Of a stretch of 16,892 nt of DNA, positions 1 through 7,665 are shown one piece after another. The position numbers and the translations under genes were made by a program. Under the pieces are notes generated by a model. The model saw only the letters and a list, made by a program, of their open reading frames with translations. It was not told the origin of the DNA and did not search any database. Origin of the DNA: Thermodesulfobacteriota bacterium (lineage in GTDB: Bacteria > Desulfobacterota_D > UBA1144 > Nemesobacterales > N074bin48); NCBI GenBank assembly GCA_041572575.1, contig JBFFSH010000055.1:1-16892 (forward strand), given 5' to 3'. Within the stretch, counting starts at the first letter, position 1. Each line of letters begins with the position of its first letter.

Positions 1-96
1 CGCTTTACATGCCGGCACTTCCAATACAAACATTTGTATTAGCTTGCTTATCTTACTATTTGATAGTTTTGTATTCTTAAGTAACTTCTTTTGCAT
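1..96 (-). CDS. N-terminal fragment of a putative IS1595-family transposase (partial)
   Basis: Manual translation from ATG at 96-94 gives MQKKLLKNTKLSNSKISKLIQMFVLEVPACKA, open to the window edge. The pattern 'KLS..KI.KLI..FV..V.A..A' resembles the N-terminal HTH of IS1016-like transposases. Confidence 0.6.
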   Translation of the reverse strand, partial: MQKKLLKNTKLSNSKISKLIQMFVLEVPACKA

Positions 97-136
97 AGTT
101 TCAGCTTAGTATACTTTGCTGTCCTATGCGAGCTCC
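1..136 (-). mobile_element. Probable left end of an IS1595-family (IS1016-like) insertion sequence, truncated by the window edge
   Basis: Minus strand 136->118 reads GGAGCTCGCATAGGACAGC, resembling the GGGGCT...TAG...AGC terminal repeats I recall for IS1016-like elements. A transposase-like ORF starts 40 nt inside it. The flank outside is AT-rich (137-144 TTATACAT). Confidence 0.6.
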
Positions 137-152
137 TTATACATTATAAATC

Positions 153-656
153 CTAAGACTTTATTAATAAATTCGGGCTGGTTTGAGAAAGTTTTTCTAA
201 TAACCTTTCATTCAAATTAGCTTCATAAAGGGATAAAGCCTTAGAAAGCTGATCTGCTTTTAGCTTCTTGCAGCCAGAAAAATCTGCACCTTCAAAGTTA
301 GAACCTTCGAGATTTACCAGCCTGAAGTTGCAGTCAGAAAGGTTAGAGCCTGTCAGGACAGCATCCTTTATTAAAGCCCCTTCAAGGTTTGCTCCGCTAA
401 AATCAGCTTTGCTGCAATTGGTATTTTCAAGATTAGCGCCGTAGAGGTTAGAATTTTTAAGATTAGCACCTGTAAAGTTACAACTTTTACAAAACGCCAG
501 TTTTAAATTCGCATTTTCAAAGTCATATCCTCTAAGGTCCATTGCCGGCATATTAGCCCAGCCAAAATCAGGAGTTATGTCAGGATTTTCCTGCCGCCAC
601 TTATTCCACTCTTCTGCTCCCTGTCCTAGTATTTCGAGATGGTTTTCATTGGCCAT
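153..656 (-). CDS. Pentapeptide repeat-containing protein
   Basis: Tandem (A/S/C)(N/D)(L/F)xx repeats (ANLKL, CNFTG, ANLKN, SNLYG, ANLEN, ADFSG, ANLEG) after an N-terminal MANENHLEIL..G..EWNKWR cap. Confidence 0.93.
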   Translation of the reverse strand: MANENHLEILGQGAEEWNKWRQENPDITPDFGWANMPAMDLRGYDFENANLKLAFCKSCNFTGANLKNSNLYGANLENTNCSKADFSGANLEGALIKDAVLTGSNLSDCNFRLVNLEGSNFEGADFSGCKKLKADQLSKALSLYEANLNERLLEKLSQTSPNLLIKS

Positions 657-683
657 ATTCGGATAATTTAAATAAAAGTTTTA

Positions 684-2165
684 CTATATTCTTGATAAGG
701 CAGGCTCTACCAAATCTGGATGTATCTGTCTGATTTGCTCTGCCAAATTTCCTATCACATCTTTTATGTCCCACTGAGCAGCCTCAGACATTCTTAGGTT
801 TATAAGATGATAAAGCTCCCAAAGATCAAAGCTTCCAAGCACAGAGCGGTTATGGGCATTTGTAACAACATAGGCAGCCTCTGTTATCAAACTCTGGGCT
901 TGTAGTTTAGTGTATAAACTCTCACTAATCTCTACAGCTTCTATAAGCAAATCTGTAATTCCGGCAGCTTCTATGTTTGGAGGAACTGTAATTCCATGGT
1001 TTATACCCGGCTCTTTTATGATCCACTTAACTTTTCTGTGACGAAGGAGCTGATGCCAACAGGCTTCGCTTAGTATAAATTCGGCCTCATAATCTATAAG
1101 CCTGAACACATTTAGAGGGTTATCAAATTTAGTGATTTTCTCTACAGACATCCTGAGCAGAAGAAGCTTTTTCTCAAGGTCATACTTTCTAAGTTCACCA
1201 AGCAAGCTCTCTGTACCAAGCTCTGAATGTTGATAGAGTATAGCATTTACTATCTTATCGAGTGCAGCGACCTGGGCATCAGCACTGTCTATACCGGTCC
1301 AGTTAAGAAGTTTAACTTTTGACTTGCGCCTTGATTTAGAACCGCCCGTTGTATCCAGTTTAATGAGGTTTTCAAAATCCTCTCTGGTTTCCTTTATGTA
1401 TTTATTCTCATTTGCATACTTTACAAGTGTTGGCACTGAAAATCTTACCTCTTCTTTTATCTCCTCAGCCCTGCTTACAGCTTCTGGATATTTGCTCGAA
1501 AGAAGACAGGAAAGCGTATCTTCAATAGCCCTGGCATTTCCGGTCATTCCCAGATTTGTAAAGGTAGCAAGGTTAAGAGCATACCGCGCATCTTCAAAAG
1601 CCAGTTTTTCAAGCGCCCTGAAATGAGATTTTTCATCATTTCCATCAGGCACCGGGACACTCTTTTTTAGATATTCAAAGAGTTTAGTGTTTAGCTGAGA
1701 GTAAATATCATAAACCTTATTGTTAAGCTCAATATACTCCGAGAGCAATTTTTTGTTACCTTTAAGAGACTCTGGAACATAAAAATCACCCTTTTGAGGT
1801 TTTTGATACCTCTGCGAGTACTCAGTAAAAGATAGATATTCGTTTGAAGTTTCCAGAAGGGAGGAAAAAAGTCTGGATACCCTCTCGATTCCCACATGCA
1901 CTGTCGCATGCTCAGCTACAGATGCGTGGCCGTAATTTAGCACCCATTTTTCATGAAATTTTGCTGCTCTTTCCTGCCCGTGTTGTTCTTCGAGAATTAC
2001 AGTTCCAATGTTTTCTCTAAAACTCTTAGGACTTCTGCTTACGTAGGCAAAAATTACAGCGATTACTTCTTCAGGAATATTACTTACTGTATAAATATCT
2101 TTATCAGCATTTGATACATATTTTTTTATCTCTTCGTCGCTCTTTCGTTTTTCTTCAGACATCAA
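684..2165 (-). CDS. thyX: FAD-dependent thymidylate synthase, tandem two-domain form
   Basis: N-domain has YGHASVAEH, SFTEYSQRY, EDARY and NARA. C-domain has HQLLRHR and HLINLR..AQWDIK. 493 aa is about two ThyX domains. AAAGGA RBS upstream. Confidence 0.9.
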   Translation of the reverse strand: MMSEEKRKSDEEIKKYVSNADKDIYTVSNIPEEVIAVIFAYVSRSPKSFRENIGTVILEEQHGQERAAKFHEKWVLNYGHASVAEHATVHVGIERVSRLFSSLLETSNEYLSFTEYSQRYQKPQKGDFYVPESLKGNKKLLSEYIELNNKVYDIYSQLNTKLFEYLKKSVPVPDGNDEKSHFRALEKLAFEDARYALNLATFTNLGMTGNARAIEDTLSCLLSSKYPEAVSRAEEIKEEVRFSVPTLVKYANENKYIKETREDFENLIKLDTTGGSKSRRKSKVKLLNWTGIDSADAQVAALDKIVNAILYQHSELGTESLLGELRKYDLEKKLLLLRMSVEKITKFDNPLNVFRLIDYEAEFILSEACWHQLLRHRKVKWIIKEPGINHGITVPPNIEAAGITDLLIEAVEISESLYTKLQAQSLITEAAYVVTNAHNRSVLGSFDLWELYHLINLRMSEAAQWDIKDVIGNLAEQIRQIHPDLVEPALSRI

Positions 2166-2182
2166 ATAAATCCTTTAATTTA

Positions 2183-2935
2183 TTAAGATGAACTAATTTC
2201 TTGTTTAATTTGTTTTGCAATATGTGAAATAACTATATTCGGATTACCATATATAACCGCATCGGCATAGTTATCCGCTTCACTCTCTCTTTCATTTATT
2301 ATTACAATTTTCGAGCCGCTTTCAGCTGCAATGGTTTGCAGTGAGGCAAGCGGAGAATCGTCCAGTGAAACCCCTATGATAAGAAATAAATCACTGTTAT
2401 GCAGTTTCATCCACGCTTCTCTCAGTTCCCAGTGGGGAAGAGGCTGTCCGGGAAAAGAAATCGGCGGTTTTATTAAATCACTGCTGCACTGATCGCAAAC
2501 AGGAATTTTTTTCCCATCCTCAAGCTGTCCCATAACCTGCTCCAGCTTATGATCCTGACCACAGTTTGGACAAGATATCCACTTCATGGTTCCCAAAAGC
2601 TCAACAACTGAGCCACTTCCTGCTTTTTGGTGAAGACCGTCTGCACACTGAGTAAACAGATAGTCTACGTTACATAAAACTTCAAGCTCTCTTATGGCTT
2701 TATGCCCATCACCTGGAACAGCCTGGGCAAGAGCCTGGTAATATTTCGCAATTTTTTGCCAGTATTGTTCTCTTACCTCGGGCTTTTGCCGGAACTCTCT
2801 AATATTAGGATTAAACTTAGAATCAGCAAAATCAGGTATTCCCGAATCCATACTAAGCTCAGCGCCTGTGAGTATGATAATATGTGAAGATTCCTTAAGC
2901 CACTGTATTACTAAGCTTACTACATCCTGTTCCAC
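2183..2935 (-). CDS. Sir2/CobB-family (sirtuin-fold) protein with degenerate catalytic motifs, probable pseudoenzyme
   Basis: LTGAELSMDSGIPDF, FTQCADGLHQKAGS, VVELLGT, CPNC..CDQC zinc ribbon, KPPISFPGQPLP, IIGVSL and VIINE align to the sirtuin motif series. GTG start. Confidence 0.88.
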   Translation of the reverse strand: MEQDVVSLVIQWLKESSHIIILTGAELSMDSGIPDFADSKFNPNIREFRQKPEVREQYWQKIAKYYQALAQAVPGDGHKAIRELEVLCNVDYLFTQCADGLHQKAGSGSVVELLGTMKWISCPNCGQDHKLEQVMGQLEDGKKIPVCDQCSSDLIKPPISFPGQPLPHWELREAWMKLHNSDLFLIIGVSLDDSPLASLQTIAAESGSKIVIINERESEADNYADAVIYGNPNIVISHIAKQIKQEISSS

Positions 2936-2943
2936 GATAATGG

Positions 2944-2973
2944 ATTATACAATCAGTATTAAATAAGTGTCAA
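2944..2973 (-). promoter_or_regulatory. sigma70-type promoter of the sirtuin-thyX-pentapeptide operon
   Basis: Minus strand TTGACA (2973-2968), 18-nt spacer, TATAAT (2949-2944). Both hexamers are perfect consensus. Confidence 0.8.
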
Positions 2974-3134
2974 TCAATCATGATAATATGCCTGCAATTG
3001 GACAGAATTTGAGAGCGATTTTAAGAAATATTGAGTTTACCTTATATGAGTCTTGAAAATATCCCTAAATGTAATGAAATATTTCTAATCTTTTATTGAT
3101 TTTAGAATAAAGTGTGTAAAAATTTAACTAAACC

Positions 3135-3160
3135 GGAACTTTTTATCTTGCCGTTCGTAA
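3135..3160 (+). promoter_or_regulatory. Putative ECF sigma factor promoter upstream of tolQ
   Basis: GGAAC (3135-3139), 16 nt, CGTAA (3156-3160), matching the general ECF 'AAC-N16-CGT' architecture. It is followed by an AAGGA RBS (3170-3174) and ATG at 3182. Confidence 0.5.
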
Positions 3161-3181
3161 AACAATTATAAGGATCACAAT

Positions 3182-3952
3182 ATGCTAAATTATCAATACT
3201 GGATATCCATCATTGGCCAGGTTACAGAATCTGCACCTGCGCATCAGGTAAAAATCTCTACTTTAATATCCACAGCAGGACCTGTTGTAAAATTTGTACT
3301 GCTGCTGCTGCTTTTGATGTCTCTTATATCGTGGATGATAATATTTTCTAAATATTTAATGGTAAAGAGCGCTAAAAATAAATCAGAGAAGTTTTTGGAC
3401 CTCTATCATACAAGCGGCAATTTTGGAAACCTTTTTACTTCTACAAAACATATAGGCGGGCCCGTGGCAGAGATGTTTAGGGCGGGATATACAGAACTTC
3501 TTAAAATAAAAAATTCCAAGGCCAAACCTGAAATGATGGAAGAGGACATTAACGAAGCCGAAAGCATAGCACCCAACCTTGATAACATTGTAATCATCGA
3601 CAGGGTAATTAAAAAAACAATGTCTTCAGAAATATCCAAGCTCGAAGGATCGCTTACATTTTTAGCAACCACTGGAAGCACGGCTCCCTTTATAGGACTT
3701 TTTGGAACAGTTTGGGGAATAATGAATTCATTTATCGGTCTTTCAAGCAGTCAGGATGTACCCACCCTGCAGGCAGTAGCACCCGGTATTGCAGAGGCTC
3801 TAATTGCTACTGCCATTGGTCTTGCTGCGGCTATTCCCGCTGTAGTAGCTTACAATTATTTTGTAAGTAAAGTAAGAGCAATATCAATTGAGATGGATAA
3901 CTATCTTGCAGAATTTTTAAATGTAGCTGAGAGGTATATTTCTAAATTATAA
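3182..3952 (+). CDS. tolQ: TolQ (MotA/TolQ/ExbB proton channel family)
   Basis: LATTGSTAPFIGLFGTVWGIM and APGIAEALIATAIGLAAAIPAVVAYN motifs; three hydrophobic segments. Confidence 0.9.
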   Translation: MLNYQYWISIIGQVTESAPAHQVKISTLISTAGPVVKFVLLLLLLMSLISWMIIFSKYLMVKSAKNKSEKFLDLYHTSGNFGNLFTSTKHIGGPVAEMFRAGYTELLKIKNSKAKPEMMEEDINEAESIAPNLDNIVIIDRVIKKTMSSEISKLEGSLTFLATTGSTAPFIGLFGTVWGIMNSFIGLSSSQDVPTLQAVAPGIAEALIATAIGLAAAIPAVVAYNYFVSKVRAISIEMDNYLAEFLNVAERYISKL

Positions 3953-3960
3953 GATAAGAT

Positions 3961-4392
3961 ATGGGAATAAGCTCAAACAATAAAAACAACGACCGTCTTC
4001 TTTCTGAGATAAATGTAACTCCATTTGTGGATGTTATGCTCGTCCTTCTTGTAATATTTATGGTTACTGCACCCATTTTATACCAGGGGGTTGATGTAAA
4101 TCTGCCAAAAACATCTTCGGAGCCCATTCCACAGAAATCACAAAAAAATATTATAGTTACCGTGGACAAAGAAGGTAAAATATTTATAGAAAAAGAACAG
4201 ATAACACTCAGAGAATTAAGAGTGAGAGCAAAGAATATATCCAGACAATCGGGAAATAAGGAAAAAGAAGAAATATTTCTCAGGGCAGATGAACTTGCAA
4301 GTTACGGTGTAGTTATGAGGGTAATGTCTGAAATTAAAAACGGCGGGCTTGAAAAGGTAAATCTCATAACAGATCCCTATGAAGAAAAATAA
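3961..4392 (+). CDS. tolR: TolR (ExbD/TolR family)
   Basis: SEINVTPFVDVMLVLLVIFMVTAP TM motif with the conserved Asp; LRAD...YG.VM.VM periplasmic motif. Confidence 0.9.
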   Translation: MGISSNNKNNDRLLSEINVTPFVDVMLVLLVIFMVTAPILYQGVDVNLPKTSSEPIPQKSQKNIIVTVDKEGKIFIEKEQITLRELRVRAKNISRQSGNKEKEEIFLRADELASYGVVMRVMSEIKNGGLEKVNLITDPYEEK

Positions 4393-4397
4393 AATTT

Positions 4398-5318
4398 ATG
4401 GCAAAAAAAGAAAAAAAATCAAAACCCCCTCTGTTTTTTGGATTCATCTTATCAGCCGGCTTGCACCTTTTTATCGTTGCCACAGTTCTTTTTTGGGGAT
4501 TTAATTCCCCGGCTTTAATTAAACAACCAAAATCAATCACTGCTAATCTTGTAAGTCTTCCAAGCGCAGGTAGTTCAGGACAAAGAGGATCATCGGGTCC
4601 TAAAAAAGAGGCTGCACCAAAACCACCGCCTCCCAAAAAAGAAATAAAACCCGAAATAGTGGAAAAGAAACCAGAAAAAGTTAAAATACCTGAAGTAGTA
4701 AAAAAACCACCAAAGAAAGTAGATCCCCCAAAACCAAAACCTGAGAAAAAGAATACTGTTAACTTAAATGATAAGAAAACCGTAAAAAAACAGCCAAAAC
4801 CAACTCCTAAACCTGTAAAAAAAGTAGTTAAGAAAACTCCAAGCGCTGAACAAAAGCGCAAGAAGATAATGGAAGAGATGCTTGCAAAAGCTGAGAAAAA
4901 AGAAAGACAGCAAACCAGAAGTGATGTATTGGAAAATCTAAAGAAAAGCAGCACCAAGCAAGTCGCAAAAGCAGGCTCTGATGGTTATGACATAACTGGC
5001 GCACCAACTGGTTCCAATTCAGCATCAGCCGGACTCTTTGTTGAAAGGGTAAGACAGGAGATTGCAAGTAACTGGAATATGCCCCCCAACATACCAACTG
5101 ACGGCTCACTAGAAAGTAAAGTATTGTTTAAGATTAATGCTAGTGGAGAGGTATTTGGAATTAGAATTATAAAAAGTTCTGGCAACAGCGCATTTGATGA
5201 ATTTTGTAAAAGAGCTCTTAAAAAGGCATCCCCACTGGATATACCGCCGCCGCCGGAAATCCAGCGCGAAGCAGAAATCGAAGGCGTTGAAGTAACATTT
5301 AATAATAGCTCATACTAA
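4398..5318 (+). CDS. tolA: TolA/TonB-family energy transducer
   Basis: N-terminal TM with S-x3-H (SAGLH), Lys/Pro-rich linker, C-terminal TonB/TolA domain (NWNMPP...KSSGNSAFDEFCKRALKKASP); follows tolQR. Confidence 0.78.
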   Translation: MAKKEKKSKPPLFFGFILSAGLHLFIVATVLFWGFNSPALIKQPKSITANLVSLPSAGSSGQRGSSGPKKEAAPKPPPPKKEIKPEIVEKKPEKVKIPEVVKKPPKKVDPPKPKPEKKNTVNLNDKKTVKKQPKPTPKPVKKVVKKTPSAEQKRKKIMEEMLAKAEKKERQQTRSDVLENLKKSSTKQVAKAGSDGYDITGAPTGSNSASAGLFVERVRQEIASNWNMPPNIPTDGSLESKVLFKINASGEVFGIRIIKSSGNSAFDEFCKRALKKASPLDIPPPPEIQREAEIEGVEVTFNNSSY

Positions 5319-5346
5319 TAGATTTAAAAGATACTATAGCAGATAA

Positions 5347-5958
5347 ATGAACCTCATACTGATCAGACACGGAGAGACGGAATGGAACAAGCAGGGACTA
5401 TGTCAGGGGATATCGGATATTAATTTAAGCGAGTTTGGAAAGGTACAGGCAAGCCATCTTTCACATTCACTAAAAGATCAAAAAATAGACTCCATATATT
5501 CAAGCAACCTGAAAAGAGCATATGAGACTGCTGAGCTAATTGCAGAAAATCACGGTGTTAAGGTAAAAGTAGAACACGGACTAAGAGAAATGGATCAGGG
5601 GGATTTTGAAGGAAAGCCATTTGTAAAATTAAGAGAGACCCATGGAGAAGTTCTACAGTCCTGGAGAGCCGACCCCGCTAATTTTCGCATTCCCAATGGA
5701 GAAACCCTGCAGGAAGTACAGGACAGGGCCTTCAATGTAATAAAAAATATCAGTATTAACAATGAAGGAAAGACAGTACTTATTGTAAGCCACAACTTTA
5801 CTATTATCACTCTTCTCTGTAAGTTTCAGGGCACTAGCCTTAAAGATTTTTACAAATACAAAATAAAAGAAACATCCAAGCACATAATAAACTTAAATGA
5901 GAACAGGTACACTGTAGAAACTTTTAATAACACCGATCATTTAAGCAACATAAATTAA
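5347..5958 (+). CDS. Histidine phosphatase family protein (PGM/CobC/PspA-like)
   Basis: LIRHGETEWN catalytic motif, SSNLKRAYETA, LREMDQGDFEG, PNGETL, VSH. Confidence 0.92.
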   Translation: MNLILIRHGETEWNKQGLCQGISDINLSEFGKVQASHLSHSLKDQKIDSIYSSNLKRAYETAELIAENHGVKVKVEHGLREMDQGDFEGKPFVKLRETHGEVLQSWRADPANFRIPNGETLQEVQDRAFNVIKNISINNEGKTVLIVSHNFTIITLLCKFQGTSLKDFYKYKIKETSKHIINLNENRYTVETFNNTDHLSNIN

Positions 5959-5995
5959 ACAATACTGTTAGTAAACAAAGCAATTTCACAAAAAA

Positions 5996-7660
5996 ATGAA
6001 AGAATCATTAAAAGATATCGTAAGAGAGAGTGTAAGCAGCCTGTATTTCGAAGGCTCTTCTAAAATACCTGTATCAGACATAGAAATCTCCATACCCAAA
6101 AAAAGAGAGTTTGGTGATTACTCATCAAACATTGCAATGCTTCTTACAAAACCTCTAAAGAAAAAACCAAGAGAAATTGCAGAACAAATTTCTGAAAACC
6201 TGAGCACTTCCCATGCAGATTTATTTAAAAAAGTAGAGATAGCAGGCCCGGGGTTTCTGAACTTTTTTATAAACGAAAGCTCATTGATGACAGAATTGCA
6301 GATTATAGAACAACAGACAGATAAGTTTGGTCATTTAGATTCAGTACAAGGACAGAAAATAATAGTTGAGTTTGTGAGTGCAAACCCCACAGGATTTCTT
6401 CACCTTGGACATGCAAGAAACGCCGTTGTTGGCGACGCCATATCCAATATTCTAAAAGCAAGTGGTTTTGATGTTACAAAAGAGTTCTATATAAACGACG
6501 CAGGAAGACAGATAGAAATGCTGGGTACATCAGTGCTCTGTAAGTACAAAGAAATCTTTGGTATAGAATCAGAGTTTCCTGAAGACGGTTATAAAGGAAG
6601 TTATATATCAGACATAGCAAATGAAATCAATGAACAGATTGGAGATAAATTATTAAAAGAGAAATCAGAACAATCCGCACTAGAATATTGCAGGAACTTT
6701 GCTAAAGACAGGCTGCTGCAAGACATAAAAGATGATCTGGGGAAGGCCGGGATATATTTTGATAACTGGTACAGTGAAAAAGAAAATCTTCACGGAAAGA
6801 ATAATAAGATAAGCCAAATAATTGATAGTCTAGAAAAAAACAAGGCACTTGAGAATAAAGACGGAGCGCTTTGGTTTAAGGCTACCGAATTTGGAGAGCA
6901 GCAGGACTGGGTGCTTATAAAAAGTGATGGCTCACCGACCTACTTTATAGCCGATATTGCCTATCATAACGAGAAAATAGAACGCGGTTTTAATAGATTA
7001 ATAAACATCTGGGGAGCGGACCATCACAGCCACATCAGCAGGCTTAAGGCTTCTATCAAGGCCCTTGGCCATGATGAATCAATTCTTGACGTACCGCTTA
7101 TACAGTTTGTAAGACTCGTAAGTGAAGGCAAGGAAGTCAAGATGTCCAAGAGATCGGGTGAATATGTAACCATGAGAGAAGTACTTGAAGAAGTGGGAGC
7201 AGATGTACTAAGGTTTTTTATGCTTATGAGAAGCTCAGACAGCCACCTGGATTTTGACCTTGATCTTGCAAAAAGACAGTCGAGCGAAAACCCTGTTTAT
7301 TATGTGCAGTATGCCCATGCAAGGATAAACAGCGTATTTGTTAAAGCTAAAGAGGCAGGTATAGGATTATCAAAAGACTATATTAATCTTCTGGATAAGC
7401 CTGAAGAGGTGGAAATCGCCAAAACTCTGCTAAATTTCCCTGATGTTATTAAAGACAGTGCCTATAGTTTATCGCCACATAAAATAACTTTTTACCTTCA
7501 GGAGGTAGCATCTCAGTTCCATGTATATTATAATAAGTATAAGGTTGTTACAGATGATGAAAAGTTAAGTAGTTCCAGACTATACCTAATAAACTGTGTA
7601 AAAACCGTTATTCACAACGGATTAAAAATACTTGGCGTATCAGCGCCTGAGAGGATGTAA
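5996..7660 (+). CDS. argS: Arginine--tRNA ligase
   Basis: FGDYSSN, IAGPGFLNF, VEFVSANPTGFLHLGHAR (HIGH), WGADH, KMSKRSG, NPVYYVQYAHAR, C-terminal APERM. Confidence 0.98.
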   Translation: MKESLKDIVRESVSSLYFEGSSKIPVSDIEISIPKKREFGDYSSNIAMLLTKPLKKKPREIAEQISENLSTSHADLFKKVEIAGPGFLNFFINESSLMTELQIIEQQTDKFGHLDSVQGQKIIVEFVSANPTGFLHLGHARNAVVGDAISNILKASGFDVTKEFYINDAGRQIEMLGTSVLCKYKEIFGIESEFPEDGYKGSYISDIANEINEQIGDKLLKEKSEQSALEYCRNFAKDRLLQDIKDDLGKAGIYFDNWYSEKENLHGKNNKISQIIDSLEKNKALENKDGALWFKATEFGEQQDWVLIKSDGSPTYFIADIAYHNEKIERGFNRLINIWGADHHSHISRLKASIKALGHDESILDVPLIQFVRLVSEGKEVKMSKRSGEYVTMREVLEEVGADVLRFFMLMRSSDSHLDFDLDLAKRQSSENPVYYVQYAHARINSVFVKAKEAGIGLSKDYINLLDKPEEVEIAKTLLNFPDVIKDSAYSLSPHKITFYLQEVASQFHVYYNKYKVVTDDEKLSSSRLYLINCVKTVIHNGLKILGVSAPERM

Positions 7661-7665
7661 TAATT

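Noticed and set aside
1324..1909. Alternative ORFs 1324-1626 (+) and 1691-1909 (-) within thyX
   Set aside because: Both lie fully inside a well-supported gene and show no recognisable motifs.
2183..2935. Sirtuin as an anti-phage SIR2 NADase (Thoeris/DSR-like)
   Set aside because: It has the zinc-ribbon CobB-type architecture, lacks the catalytic Asn and His, and has no recognisable defence partner genes nearby.
4600..4850. Repetitive AAA/CCA-rich DNA resembling a tandem repeat
   Set aside because: It is explained by the low-complexity Lys/Pro linker of TolA/TonB; there is no fixed-period repeat or spacer structure.
4364..4957. 197-aa antisense ORF inside tolA
   Set aside because: It is a Phe/Gly-rich mirror of the Lys/Pro codons of tolA, a typical shadow ORF.
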